Origin: Macrostomum lignano
Taxonomy: Eukaryota
Direction: 5' to 3'
Length of the DNA stretch: 64,000 nt
Assembly: GCA_002269645.1 (NCBI GenBank)
Contig: NIVC01002130.1
Span: 10,038 to 74,037 of the forward strand
Under the pieces are notes generated by a model. The model was not told the DNA's origin. It made no database searches and worked only from the letters and a program-made list of their open reading frames with translations. Position numbers and translations under genes: made by a program. Positions 11,349-23,560 of the stretch are shown here, one piece after another (position 1 is the stretch's first letter; each line of letters opens with the position of its first letter).

Positions 11349-11869
11349 ATGGAAGAAGAATTTGATAGCGACAACTTTTTTAATTTTTTCGATCTAGCCC
11401 CTGCTGGAAATGTAGTTCCGCCGCCCCTCGGAAACGCTAAAACACTGCCGACCAAACCTAGCTCTCGTTTCGGTGAGTTGCTTGATGAGACCGCTTTGGA
11501 GCGCAGAATGCTAGAGAGCTCACCTGAGTCTACACTAGCAAGAGAAAAGTGGGCGATGAATGTGTTCCAGACGTGGAAGGAGAATCGTGTCCAACTGCAA
11601 ATGCAAGGCCGTCTGTCAGGACTCGCGGTGATTAAGCCTGTCGAAGAGCTTACAAAGAATGAGATCAACGAACTGTTGCACTTCGTTTTTGAGGTGAGGA
11701 AGGAGAATGGCGAAAAATATCCGCCGGGAACTCTGAAAAACTTGGTATCGATGATCCAACACTTTTACGTGAGCCTGTCGCTTCTGGAGATTCCAGCGCT
11801 TCTATTACTGACCACGGTGTCAAGTCTATCATCATTGATGGAGCTAAAATCGAAATTCAGTTTAAGTGA
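11349..11869 (+). mobile_element. Truncated Crypton-type tyrosine recombinase relic (ZMYM/QRICH1/KCTD1-like core-binding region); catalytic DUF3504 part absent
   Basis: STLAREKWAMNVFQTWKENR...LLHFVFEVRKENGEKYPPGTLKNLVSMIQHFY matches the T..WA..VF..W...FV.EVRK..G..YPP.TL..L pattern of this family. Similarity stops near 11768. Confidence 0.78.
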
Positions 11870-12416
11870 GTTTGTGAAACATTTAATGCATTGCCTATTA
11901 TTGAAAAAAACGTAATATGTTTCCTATATAACCCTACCAATTGTCCATGGCTTGGCTAGAAAATTGTTTTTTGTTGCTTCGTTATACAGTATATAATAAC
12001 AGTTTTTTTGTTGCATCCAAGTACACTGTCTGGTTCTGTTTAGTCTATGGTTCAAACTGCTTTCATTTAGGGACCATCAAATCATTTGATGGTCTCCATT
12101 TTGGAGCCCATCAAATTATTTGATGTGCCTGGAATTATAGCACTTTAAACCATAGACTAGGCTTTCCTGGCTCAGAATGAGCCCAATAAATGTCAATAAA
12201 ATAAGTAATCGGATTTTATAGCTGTTTAAATCTTATTTTTCTCTCCCACCCACCAGGAGAAGAATGCTTCAAACTCTATTTGGGTTTCAACCATAGACAG
12301 TCTCCGCGGACTGCGAAACCGCCACTAAGCATATAGCTAAAGCTTTTTCAACCATAGACAGTTTCTGTGGACGTGAAACCGCGTTGTGCGTCCGCGCTTC
12401 AGCCTACCCATAACAC

Positions 12417-12556
12417 TAATATGGACTGGCTGTTGAGGACTGAAATGAACTGAAACGCATATCGGTAGCTGTCCGCAGTAGTTTATAATCTTCTCTTAAA
12501 TCTACTGTAGCTCCGCGTTGCAGTTCATTTCAGTCCTCAACAGCCAGTCTATATTA
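12417..12556. mobile_element. 140 bp MITE-like element with 42 bp terminal inverted repeats
   Basis: taatatggactggctgttgaggactgaaatgaactgaaacgc versus gcgttgcagttcatttcagtcctcaacagccagtctatatta, with 2 mismatches. TA at both ends. Confidence 0.8.
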
Positions 12557-15213
12557 ACAGTAGGAATACCAAGCCATTTTTCCGCCCGTCGAACTACCAA
12601 GAGGGGGGGAAAAATTTCCCCCCCCTGACAATTTTTTTTGCTGCGCCGGAACGGAGCAACGCAGGCACACAAAATTCAAGAACACGGGCTAACTTTTTGT
12701 TGCGCACCTTCTCAAACAAGAATCAAGTCGCCAACCCTCCGGACCGTCGAGATATTCGACGATTCTGCCAGAAGGTCGGATTTTTCCCATAAGCGCTAGT
12801 GTATTCAGTATACCCCTGTGCGCCAAATAGCACTGCGCCTCAGTGCAGCCTTGCCAAGTCTCCAAATTTCATCAGCACGTCGACCAAATGTGTCTGCATC
12901 AGCTCTGACTTCGTTGGTTACTGGCCTTCACCAAGACGGAGCTTCTAGACCTTCAACAGGTGGCACCAGGTGACTATGAACACCTTGATACGAATTTCTC
13001 TAGTTTCGCCGATCAAGCCTCGACAGTAGGCAAGCCTCAACTGCCAGACACCCTCAGCTAGTCTCCTGAGCATTCATTCCTTCATCATCCCGACACCGTC
13101 GGCACCTTCAACAGGTGGCATCAGGTGACTATGGACGTCCTGTTGCAAATATGTCAGGTCTTTCTTATCAAGCTTCAATAATGGGCAAACCTCAACCGAC
13201 GGACATTGTCAGCTAGTCTCTCAAGCATTCCGTCATCATCCCGACGCCGTCGGCTCCTTCAACAGGTGGCATCAGGTGACTATGGACGTCCTGTTGCAAA
13301 TATGTCAGGTCTTTCTTATCAAGCTTCAATAATGGGCAAACCTCAACCGACGGACATTGTCAGCTAGTCTCTCAAGCCTTCCGTCATCATCCCGACGCCG
13401 TCGACTCCTTCAACAGATTACACCAGGTGACTATGGACAGCCTGTTGCAAATATGTCAGGTTTTTCTTATCAAGCTTCAATAATGAGCAAATCTCAACTA
13501 CTGGACATCCTCAGCTAGTCAGTCAAGCATTCAGCCATCATCCCGACGCCGTCGGCTCCTTCAACAGATTACACCAGGTGACTATGGACAGCCTGATAAG
13601 AATTTCTCTAGTTTCGCCGATCAAGCCTCGATAGTGGGCAAAAATCAACTGCTGGACATCCTCAGCTAGTCAGTCAAGCATTCAGCCATCAACCGGACGC
13701 CGTCGGCTCCTTCAACAGATTACACCAGGTGACTATGGACATCCTGTTGCAAATATGTCAGGTTTTTCTTATCAAGCTTCAATAATGAGCAAACCTCAAC
13801 TGCTGGACATCCTCAGCTAGTCAGTCAAGCATTCAGCCATCACCCCGACGCCGTCGGCACCTTCAACAGGTGGCACCAGGGGAGTAAGGACACGTGAGCG
13901 TGATTTTTCATCATGCTCTTAACATTTCTGAAGCTCTCAAAATTTTTAAAGCACGGACATTGCTATAGTTAAGCTTGAACTCATGTTGCTGTATATTTAT
14001 ATTATTATTACACATACTTTTATGCATACGAGCTACATACATATTTTATTCGAAAAGCTGTTTAGTTTATTCAACTATAATATTGAACCCAATTTTTATG
14101 CAGAAAGGGTTATGCTTTTAAGAAGCCAGTAAATTCAATCCGTTTTTTCATTTTTTAATGATTCAGAAATGTTAATAGCATGATGAAAAATCACGCTCAG
14201 GTGTCCTTACTCCCTGGTGCCACCTGTTGAAGGTGCCGACGGCGTCGGGATGATGGCTGAATGCTTGACTGACTAGCTGAGGATGTCCAGTAGTTGAGGT
14301 TTGCTCATTATTGAAGCTTGATAAGAAAAACCTGACATATTTGCAACAGGCTGTCCATAGTCACCTGGTGTAATCTGTTGAAGGAGTCGACGGCGTCGGG
14401 ATGATGACGGAAGGCTTGAGAGACTAGCTGACAATGTCCGTCGGTTGAGGTTTGCCCATTATTGAAGCTTGATAAGAAAGACCTGACATATTTGCAACAG
14501 GACGTCCATAGTCACCTGATGCCACCTGTTGAAGGAGCCGACGGCGTCGGGATGATGACGGAATGCTTGAGAGACTAGCTGACAATGTCCGTCGGTTGAG
14601 GTTTGCCCATTATTGAAGCTTGATAAGAAAGACCTGACATATTTGCAACAGGACGTCCATAGTCACCTGATGCCACCTGTTGAAGGTGCCGACGGTGTCG
14701 GGATGATGAAGGAATGAATGCTCAGGAGACTAGCTGAGGGTGTCTGGCAGTTGAGGCTTGCCTACTGTCGAGGCTTGATCGGCGAAACTAGAGAAATTCG
14801 TATCAAGGTGTTCATAGTCACCTGGTGCCACCTGTTGAAGGTCTAGAAGCTCCGTCTTGGTGAAGGCCAGTAACCAACGAAGTCAGAGCTGATGCAGACA
14901 CATTTGGTCGACGTGCTGATGAAATTTGGAGACTTGGCAAGGCTGCACTGAGGCGCAGTGCTATTTGGCGCACAGGGGTATACTGAATACACTAGCGCTT
15001 ATGGGAAAAATCCGACCTTCTGGCAGAATCGTCGAATATCTCGACGGTCCGGAGGGTTGGCGACTTGATTCTTGTTTGAGAAGGTGCGCAACAAAAAGTT
15101 AGCCCGTGTTCTTGAATTTTGTGTGCCTGCGTTGCTCCGTTCCGGCGCAGCAAAAAAAATTGTCAGGGGGGGGAAATTTTTCCCCCCCTCTTGGTAGTTC
15201 TACTGTTAATATA
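12550..15213. mobile_element. Foldback-like element: long modular inverted repeats (arms 12550-13932 and 14162-15213) around a 229 bp AT-rich spacer
   Basis: The arms are reverse complements in every stretch compared. Each arm has a unique outer segment of about 400 bp followed by 151 bp tandem modules, 6 in the left arm and 4 in the right. Confidence 0.85.
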
Positions 15214-16197
15214 TTGCCGGATCTAAGACTGCCGCCCACTTCTTGGCCATAGACATACATGTAGACTGACCAACAGTCGGCAAAAATCATTTCACACGCA
15301 CGATATACCTAAGGTATATCTTGGCCATAGACATAAGAGCGCTAAACACATATACTGTGGTCATAGATATAAAAGGGAACAATAAGCATCTGTATGCCCT
15401 TTTCCGGCAGCAATTGCAAAAACTGAAGCCGCGTAGCATACACCAAAGATCATATATACATATAAGATAAATATAGACCTATGGCATACACATGACATAC
15501 ACATGGCATACACAAAAGGGCATACACATGCTTATATTGTTGCAAGCATTCTGCCGCATCCTTGCCTGCAAGTCCTTAATTCATTATTAGAGGTCAACCC
15601 CCGCAGCTTGAAGTGGCTTCAGCCTCTTCCAACTTTCTAAATCTCCCTCTGGGAGATGCTCAAGTCCCTCCCTAGACGAGGCTTTCTAAAACTCTCTCCT
15701 GACAAGCGGAAATTATTTGAATGCAAATTTTTTCACTTTGCGTTTGCGAAAGTTGTATCATTTTTTCAGTGTCCAGAGCTTTTGGTAGGCTAAAATTGGT
15801 CTCCTGTTCTGCTTTTGGACATTGTTTAACTTTATAAATGCTAACTCATTAATTAATTAGGACAGGGCTCGTCGTTACGAGCGCATATTCATAAATCAGT
15901 TTGATTTCCCAACAATCTCTTCACCGACTGACCAATCGCTTGCAGCTGATTCTATAAGAGTAGAATAATCAGGAAAATGACGGGAGCTCATTGGACACGC
16001 TGAGCGGTGAGCAGCGGGCGGCCTTCATATACCCGGGCCTGAGCGGCGCAGATTTCAGGGTGAAACTCCTAAAAGCACTGCTTAGACTTGTGTGTCATAA
16101 GGCAACCGACTTGATTGAAGTTTTCTTTGGTAAGTTCTTCATTTCGTATTTAGGTATACGAGTCAAGTGGTTATTTACTAATGCCACTGATTATTCA

Positions 16198-17511
16198 CTG
16201 GCGTCACTGATCACTCAGTAGCGTCACTGATCACTCAGTAGCGTCACTGATCACTCAGTAGCGTCACTGATCACTCAGTAGCGTCACTGATCACTCAGTA
16301 GCGTCACTGATCACTCAGTAGCGTCACTGATCACTCAGTAGCGTCACTGATCACTCAGTAGCGTCACTGATCACTCAGTAGTGTCACTGATCACTCAGTA
16401 GTGTCACTGATCACTCAGTAGCGTCACTGATCACTCAGTAGCGTCACTGATCACTCAGTAGCGTCACTGATCACTCAGTAGCGTCACTGATCACTCAGTA
16501 GTGTCACTGATCACTCAGTAGCGTCACTGATCACTCAGTAGTGTCACTGATCACTCAGTAGCGTCACTGATCACTCAGTAGCGTCACTGATCACTTCAGT
16601 AGCGTCACTGATCACTCAGTAGCGTCACTGATCACTCAGTAGCGTCACTGATCACTTCAGTAGCGTCACTGATCACTCAGTAGCGTCACTGATCACTTCA
16701 GTAGCGTCACTGATCACTCAGTAGCGTCACTGATCACTCAGTAGCGTCACTGATCACTTCAGTAGCGTCACTGATCACTCAGTAGCGTCACTGATCACTC
16801 AGTAGCGTCACTGATCACTTCAGTAGCGTCACTGATCACTCAGTAGCGTCACTGATCACTCAGTAGCGTCACTGATCACTCAGTAGCGTCACTGATCACT
16901 CAGTAGCGTCACTGATCACTCAGTAGCGTCACTGATCACTTCAGTAGCGTCACTGATCACTCAGTAGCGTCACTGATCACTCAGTAGCGTCACTGATCAC
17001 TTCAGTAGCGTCACTGATCACTCAGTAGCGTCACTGATCACTCAGTAGCGTCACTGATCACTTCAGTAGCGTCACTGATCACTCAGTAGCGTCACTGATC
17101 ACTTCAGTAGCGTCACTGATCACTCAGTAGCGTCACTGATCACTCAGTAGCGTCACTGATCACTCCAGTAGCGTCACTGATCACTCAGTAGTGTCACTGA
17201 TCACTCAGTAGTGTCACTGATCACTCAGTAGTGTCACTGATCACTCAGTAGTGTCACTGATCACTCAGTAGCGTCACTGATCACTCAGTAGCGTCACTGA
17301 TCACTCAGTAGCGTCACTGATCACTCAGTAGCGTCACTGATCACTCAGTAGTGTCACTGATCACTCAGTAGCGTCACTGATCTCTCAGTAGCGTCACTGA
17401 TCACTCAGTAGCGTCACTGATCACTCAGTAGCGTCACTGATCACTCAGTAGCGTCACTGATCACTCAGTAGCGTCACTGATCACTCAGTAGCGTCACTGA
17501 TCACTCAGTAG
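16198..17511. repeat. 20 bp minisatellite (GCGTCACTGATCACTCAGTA), about 65 copies
   Basis: Direct inspection. Occasional 21 bp and G-to-T variant units occur. Confidence 0.98.
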
Positions 17512-20099
17512 TCTCTTGTGTCCTTGTTTAACATCAACAGATGGTAACATCAGTTAGCTTCATTAAACTGTAAGTATGGAATGTCATGAATTTCACCTAC
17601 GTGATGTACTTTTATCTACCTACGTGGATTTGCGCCGTAAATCTGTCACCGGAGTCTATTTTGATCCTCGCTACTAATAAATCCCTGAACGCATTTGAAG
17701 CTGTCGCTGGCACACGCAGAATTTGACTTAACTGGCATAAATGATTCACTAATTGCTGCAAAACTCTCTCCACCGCGCCTCGCTTAGCACCTGTTGGACC
17801 ATTATTGATAATAAATCTTTTATCGAGAAAAAACATTCCACAGATTTGCGGCTCAACTTTGAAATAATGAGGCGGCAGTGGAAATATTTCCATGACTACT
17901 GTTTTGCTTATATTCAGGACCTTACATGTATATAGTTGAACCAGATGGTGAAAGGAAGACTTGGTGGTAGAGCGGTTTATTCACCCGTGTTTGCTCATAA
18001 ATAGCCCCTTCCCCTTCAGGCTTCTTGAGGTCACTCAGAGGACTTTGGAGCTTTTTTATGAGTCCGAGAGCAAAACCTTATTGGCGCCCACCTGGAGATC
18101 TGGAGTTCAACTTCACTTCACTGTTCAAACAAATCTCGAGTTCTTGTGCTGAATTTGAGAATTCCAAGGACCTTTTTTAATACTCGTGTCTGGACTGGAA
18201 ACCAACCCGAAATCTCAAAATTATTCAAAATCCATAATTAAAACACAAACTGATTGGGGCATTTTTCCATCTGACCCATCTGACACGAATCGCTATAGAT
18301 CGACAAGATAAAAACCAGCGTGGAACTTTAAAAAAATTCAGTTTCAATCTAAAAAGTGTCAAACTTTTAGAAAATGAGATGCAAATCCAGTTAAAACTTT
18401 TTATTAGATCAGCTGGTTCCAATTTCAGAGAAAATTCTCGTCCTTTTCCAAGAATTCAAAAAGTTAGAAGCTTATTAAAAATTGTTTAACACTTTTTGAG
18501 AACTAAATTTCATTTAAATTGCAAACATTTTTTCTGTGTCCGAGAAAGAGCTTCGATTTTTCCTAGAAATCATCAAACTAAATATTTTCTAGGAAATTGG
18601 CTTCAAGTTTCCTGGAAAATTTCTTCACGCTTCTAAAAAATGAATAAGGAATCTAAAGAATGGTCTCAAAGTTTTCTAGAAGTGGCTCTGTCATGAGAAA
18701 TCATTTTTGCGCTTGTTAACAATCAAGTTCACATTTCTAAGAAATTACTGCACGGTGTTTCTAAGAAATCGATCCCGTCTTTGGCACATTTGGCAGCATT
18801 TTTTATTAAAATGAAACCAATTAGTGATAGTTGCAGAAAGTGCAAGCCATCTCATCGTCTCATCAGGAAAAAGTTCCTTAATTGAGAAAATGCGGGACAC
18901 AGAAATTCAGTTAGCAAAAAAATGCTGAATCATCGGCGAACCCCCCCCCACCCGAGAATTAAGCCTCGAACAGCGGAAATCGACGCCTTTTTCAGGCGAC
19001 CGAATGAAGATGATTTCCATGTAGCAGAGCCTGCAGAAGGAAATTCTCTTTTTTTTGGGGGGGGGGGGTATCCGGATCTCCAGCTCTGGTTGTCTACAAA
19101 AAAGGATGCGAGCTTCATCCGCCCACATCTGGCTGCTTTGTCCTGTCAAACGCCGAGCCAAATGCTGGGCAAACTTCCTTGCACCCCCCCATCAGATGGG
19201 ACGCAGGCGGAATAACTGGAGAACGTGGGAGGCATATCGGATGCTCTTGCCACAAATTCCATGTTGCAGATGAGAGGGAGACTGTGAGAGGAAGAGACGA
19301 GAGGCAGACTGTGGATGGCGAGAGAGTAGACAAAAGACAGCGCGACACTGGACTGACAGAATGAGTCTGGGTTAAATGTACTTTCAGAGTGAACTGGCCG
19401 CACCGACGAGTAGGAGCAGCAAAGCGGGTAGGCGGGCAAAAGTTTGCTCAGAAAACATTTGCCAACTGCTGCATGGGGCGACAAACAACGCCGATCAGCT
19501 CAGTCTAAAGAGAATGAGTCAATCATTAAAACAGAAAATGGGGCGCGAACTCTGAGCACGGTTACTACAAAAGTACTATATTAGACACAGGCGAATGTCT
19601 AAATAAAGCTGACCCAACCGTCTGCATTCAGTCAACTCCGAGAGGGCTCAACAAGACTTCCCTCCGTCCTCTGGGCTTCCGTTACTAACTGTTGGGAGCC
19701 TGAATCTGAGCACAGAAAAGGAAGCCCTCCTCATCTCGCCTCGGCTGGCCTTTGGATCACCTCATTCCTCCTACTCCTGCTATTCAGCTCACTGTGAGTA
19801 CGGACAGAAGGCCGCGGTTTATCCGGACTTCTCTGTCAATTTTATAATGAAATTAACCCGGAAAACCCGGGAAACTGCTATAGCTGAGCTGCTGGCCAAC
19901 AGACGACCAAGCTTGACGGAAGACACTCGCAGCTTAGCTGAGCTTTGGACTATACTAGGATTTCGGGTGGAAGCCAAGAGCCCATTGTGATGCGTATTTC
20001 TGGCGCAGTTTCAATTGGGTTAGAGTCACGGATTGGCACGTACAGGCTTAGAGGTTCCATCAAATCCTTGACGCGTCAAAGACCTAATGAAATACTGTT

Positions 20100-20385
20100 G
20101 GCAGGAGGGCTTCGGGCACCGAACATCATCGTTCCACAACCAGCGCTGACGGCAATTCTGGCCATTCCGCTGACTCCTGAGCACATGCAAGCGCGCCAAT
20201 ACTGTACGCAGGCACGCACTCATACACACGCTCACACAGGGTGTACAGCAGCCCTGAATTTCTAATCGTCAGGCATGAGCACTCTCTGTGCCTGAGGGTT
20301 GTCACTGGTGGTGGTGATTCGCACGTCAAGACCCAGCTAGGAATCGAACCAGGATCGTCTACAGCTGAGCTGCTGTGCCCGTCTA
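20100..20385 (-). mobile_element. tRNA-derived SINE, most complete copy
   Basis: The minus strand begins gggcacagcagctcagctgtagacgatcctGGTTCGATTCCtagc (A-box-like plus B-box), followed by the body shared with other copies. Confidence 0.75.
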
Positions 20386-20477
20386 TGACTTCAAGTTTAA
20401 CCGAAATCAACATTTCAGTTACAATCGTTGAGAATCGCTAGATAAGCTACTCTATCAAGGACAAACGCAACCGGACC

Positions 20478-22373
20478 ATGACAGTCTCCGCGCACGACTT
20501 CAGCAACAGCTCGATGCGGGCGCGCTACGCCACAATGGTGGAAGTGTTCGAGCGATTCGATCCTGCCATCGTCATCATCGACCGCAGCATCACCCCGCTT
20601 TGGTACTTTCTCGGCCTGTTTGGCAATCTGCTGAGCGCCTGCATCTGGATGAAGCCCAAGGTGCGCCGGAACAACTCGTCCGCCGTTTACCTGGCCGCCC
20701 TGTCAGTCTGGGATCTGCTCTTCCTGGCCATGCACCCGTTTCAGGAGGTGCGCGAGGCTTGGGGCCACTACGATGAGAACATGCTGAACTGCACCCTGAT
20801 CCCCGTGCTGCTGCTCACCGCCCAGTACCTGTCACCGGCTCTGGTGCTCTGCTTCACGGTGGAACGCTGGATCGCCATCTGCTTTCCGTTCCGTCGGGAG
20901 TCGCTGTGCACACCTCGACGAGCTTGCCTAGTTACCTTCGCTATGATCGCCGCAATCGGGCTGTGGAGCCTCATCTCCCTGGCCTTCAGGTAAAACTTAT
21001 TTACGTCTTATACAGTTATGGAAGGTTGCTGGACCACAGTAAGAAGAATTTCAGGAGTTTTGTAGGTTTCTTCAGAGACATCGTCCAGCAACCAGCACTC
21101 AGACAATTCTGCCCATTCCACTGACCCCTGAGCACATATGTACGGCTCGTATGAGGCACGCACTCATACACACGTCAGGCATGTACACTCCCTGCGCCTT
21201 GGGGGCTGGCCGTCATGGCTGTGAATCGCACGACAACCCCCCTTGGCCAATTCTCGTGCACACACAAGCCCCAAACGAATGCGTTTGCGCACGGAATCAA
21301 ACCAGGGGTCGCGGCGCAAGAGTCAGACGCGTCTAGATAATTTTTGGTGAGCTGCTCTGCACTCTTTGCTGGACCATGGAAGAATCGGCACCATTGGCAA
21401 CGTAGGCATCGACAGATGATTTGATTGCATGGATTTGCTATTCATGCGTTCCCAATGTCAGTAACTGAGTCACCTGCCTTTATGACTAGCAAAATTGTCA
21501 CCAAATTCCAGGTATTACAACACGGCAACCAATACCTGCGTATTTAACACGGAGAACAATCCTATCTGGACGGTGTACTCTATCATCACGGAGACTCTGT
21601 TCAGCGGCCTGGTCCCGATCACCGCTCTGGCTTTCAACCTGCTAGTTGTACGCGAGCTCCGCCGCATCATGGACAGCAGCAAGCGATTCACACCTGCCGT
21701 CGTCGCCAGCGGTGGCGGCGGCGGCGGCGGTGGCAGCAGCGACAGCGCCGACTTGCTGGCTGACAGTGTCGAGAGGCGCTTCCGCTCGACCACGGTGATG
21801 CTGGTCTGCGTGTCCTTCTTTGTCATCCTGACCTCCCTGCCAGCCGGCATGGTCTACGCGCTGCAGAACACCAACGACTTTGGCAACGACACCCTTCCTG
21901 ACGAGCTGGTCCTGACTGACCCGAAGTGGCGCAGCTACTTCCTGAGCGTGCGCATCAAGAAAGTCATCGACGAAGTGTCAATCTCGCACTATTCGCTGAA
22001 CTTTCTAATCTACTTGCTGACCGGGCCGCAGTACCGAGCCCACGCCAGGGACATTGTGTGCCGCCTGCTCCAGACGGCCCTCCTAGTTTGCTGCTGCGGT
22101 TGTCTCCGCCGGGCCAAGCAGCGTAGGGAGAAGCTGCGGGAGCGGGAGGTGTACTACCTGACCAACACGAGCACAGACAGGGCTAGGAGACTCGCTCGCC
22201 AGGGCCGAAACTGCCAGGAGCCGGCGCCTATGGCGCAGCATCAGCAGCAGCAGCAGCAGCCGTCCACCGAGCCTTCGCCGCCTAAAGCACCTGTTGCAGC
22301 TTTGCAGACGGGCGACGGTAGCGGGGAGACTTCGGAAACTGGCCAGACGCCACTGCTGCACCAAACAGATTGA
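20478..22373 (+). CDS. Class A (rhodopsin-like) GPCR, FMRFamide/peptide-receptor-like, 2 exons, 457 aa
   Basis: Exons 20478-20989 and 21512-22373 (phase 2, AG/gtaaaa ... ttccag/G). Motifs: TM1 GLFGNLLS, TM2 YLAALSVWDLLFL, TM3 FTVERWIAICFP, TM7 HYSLNFLIYLLTG, and a C-tail Cys cluster. Confidence 0.93.
21085..21335 (-). mobile_element. tRNA-derived SINE copy in GPCR intron
   Basis: B-box variant GGTTTGATTCC near 21295. The body ccactgacccctgagcac...cgtcaggcatgtacactc matches the other copies. Confidence 0.72.
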
Positions 22374-23234
22374 CGCGATGTCCGGATTCGATGCTGGGGA
22401 CACCGTCGAAAGAATATTATTTTTGTTTTGAATATCCAACATTATTTGTTCGAAATTATCTTATGGAATCTATGTCAGTTAACGTTTGATATTTTAACCA
22501 TATTTTGTTTGCACTGAATTTTCAACGACTCTGATGATTCAATGGCGAGATCCATCTTCATCAGTTTATCAATCAGAATCCAAGAAAAAGTGCTCAAAAC
22601 TGGAGCAGAATAACCGTTATTCCCATCTCTTGAATGGATATTTTTATTTCTAGATTGTCTGCGGTAAAACCTGATGACCAGCGTAGCGTGTTTTAATGAG
22701 AATGACATGATTTTTTTAGTTTTAATTATAGTCTATCATATTACTTGAAAATTGCAATAAATTTTTGTTATTAACGATGTGTATTGTGTGCATCTCATTT
22801 ACTCAAGAGATTAATTTATTGCCCTAATTGCTGTAGTATTAACGAGGCTCTTCACTCAGCTCATGTTGAAGTTTCCAGCCCAGTAATCAGTGAGCAACAA
22901 CCACACAAAGGCTGTCATGGTATCAGATCTCTAGTTTCGTCGTGAAAACTCTAACATGTTGCTAAGTGTAAATTACCCACTTCTACATTATCGATTTCCA
23001 TGCTTAAAATTATTTATTGTACGTTGTAGCTCGTAAAAACACTGGCTATCATTTTATTTTGGCTTCTCAAGCTTTTTTTGGCTTTTTTGCTTGCGTTTCA
23101 AGCTTTTCTGTAGCTTATTTTGTCTTTAACTGCACTGCGGTGTTGTAACCAGCCATTCTTTACTGAAATTCAATATTTTATCATCTCTACTCATCCTCAG
23201 TCTCTATATTACTTATCGTTAGGCATCGGCCCTA

Positions 23235-23560
23235 GTTCTACTCAGCTCTACTCAGCTCTACTCAGCTCTACTCATCTCTACTCAGCTCTATTCATCTCTA
23301 CTTATCTCTACTCATCTCTACTCATCTCACTCATCTCTACTCATCTCTACTCAGCTCTACTCATCTCTACTCAGCTCTACTCATCTCTACTCAGCTCTAC
23401 TCATCTCTACTTATCTCTACTCAGCTCTACTCATCTCTACTTATCTCTACTCAGCTCTACTCATCTCTACTCATCTCTACTTATCTCTGCTCATCTCTAA
23501 TCAGGTCTAGTCATCTCTACTCATCTCTACTCATAACTACCCCAGCTCTACTCAGCTGTA
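23235..23560. repeat. 10 bp repeat (CTCATCTCTA/CTCAGCTCTA)
   Basis: Direct inspection. Confidence 0.95.

Noticed and set aside
12950-13900. 151 bp modules as a coding repeat (LQQVASGDYGRPVANMSG...)
   Set aside because: The unit length is not a multiple of three and each unit has an in-frame TAG.
16198-17511. CRISPR-like array
   Set aside because: Head-to-tail identical units with no unique spacers, no cas genes, and a eukaryotic context. The same applies to the other arrays.
17612-18422. Short ORFs resembling exons or TE fragments
   Set aside because: No family motif recognised, and the candidate 27 nt intron does not preserve frame.
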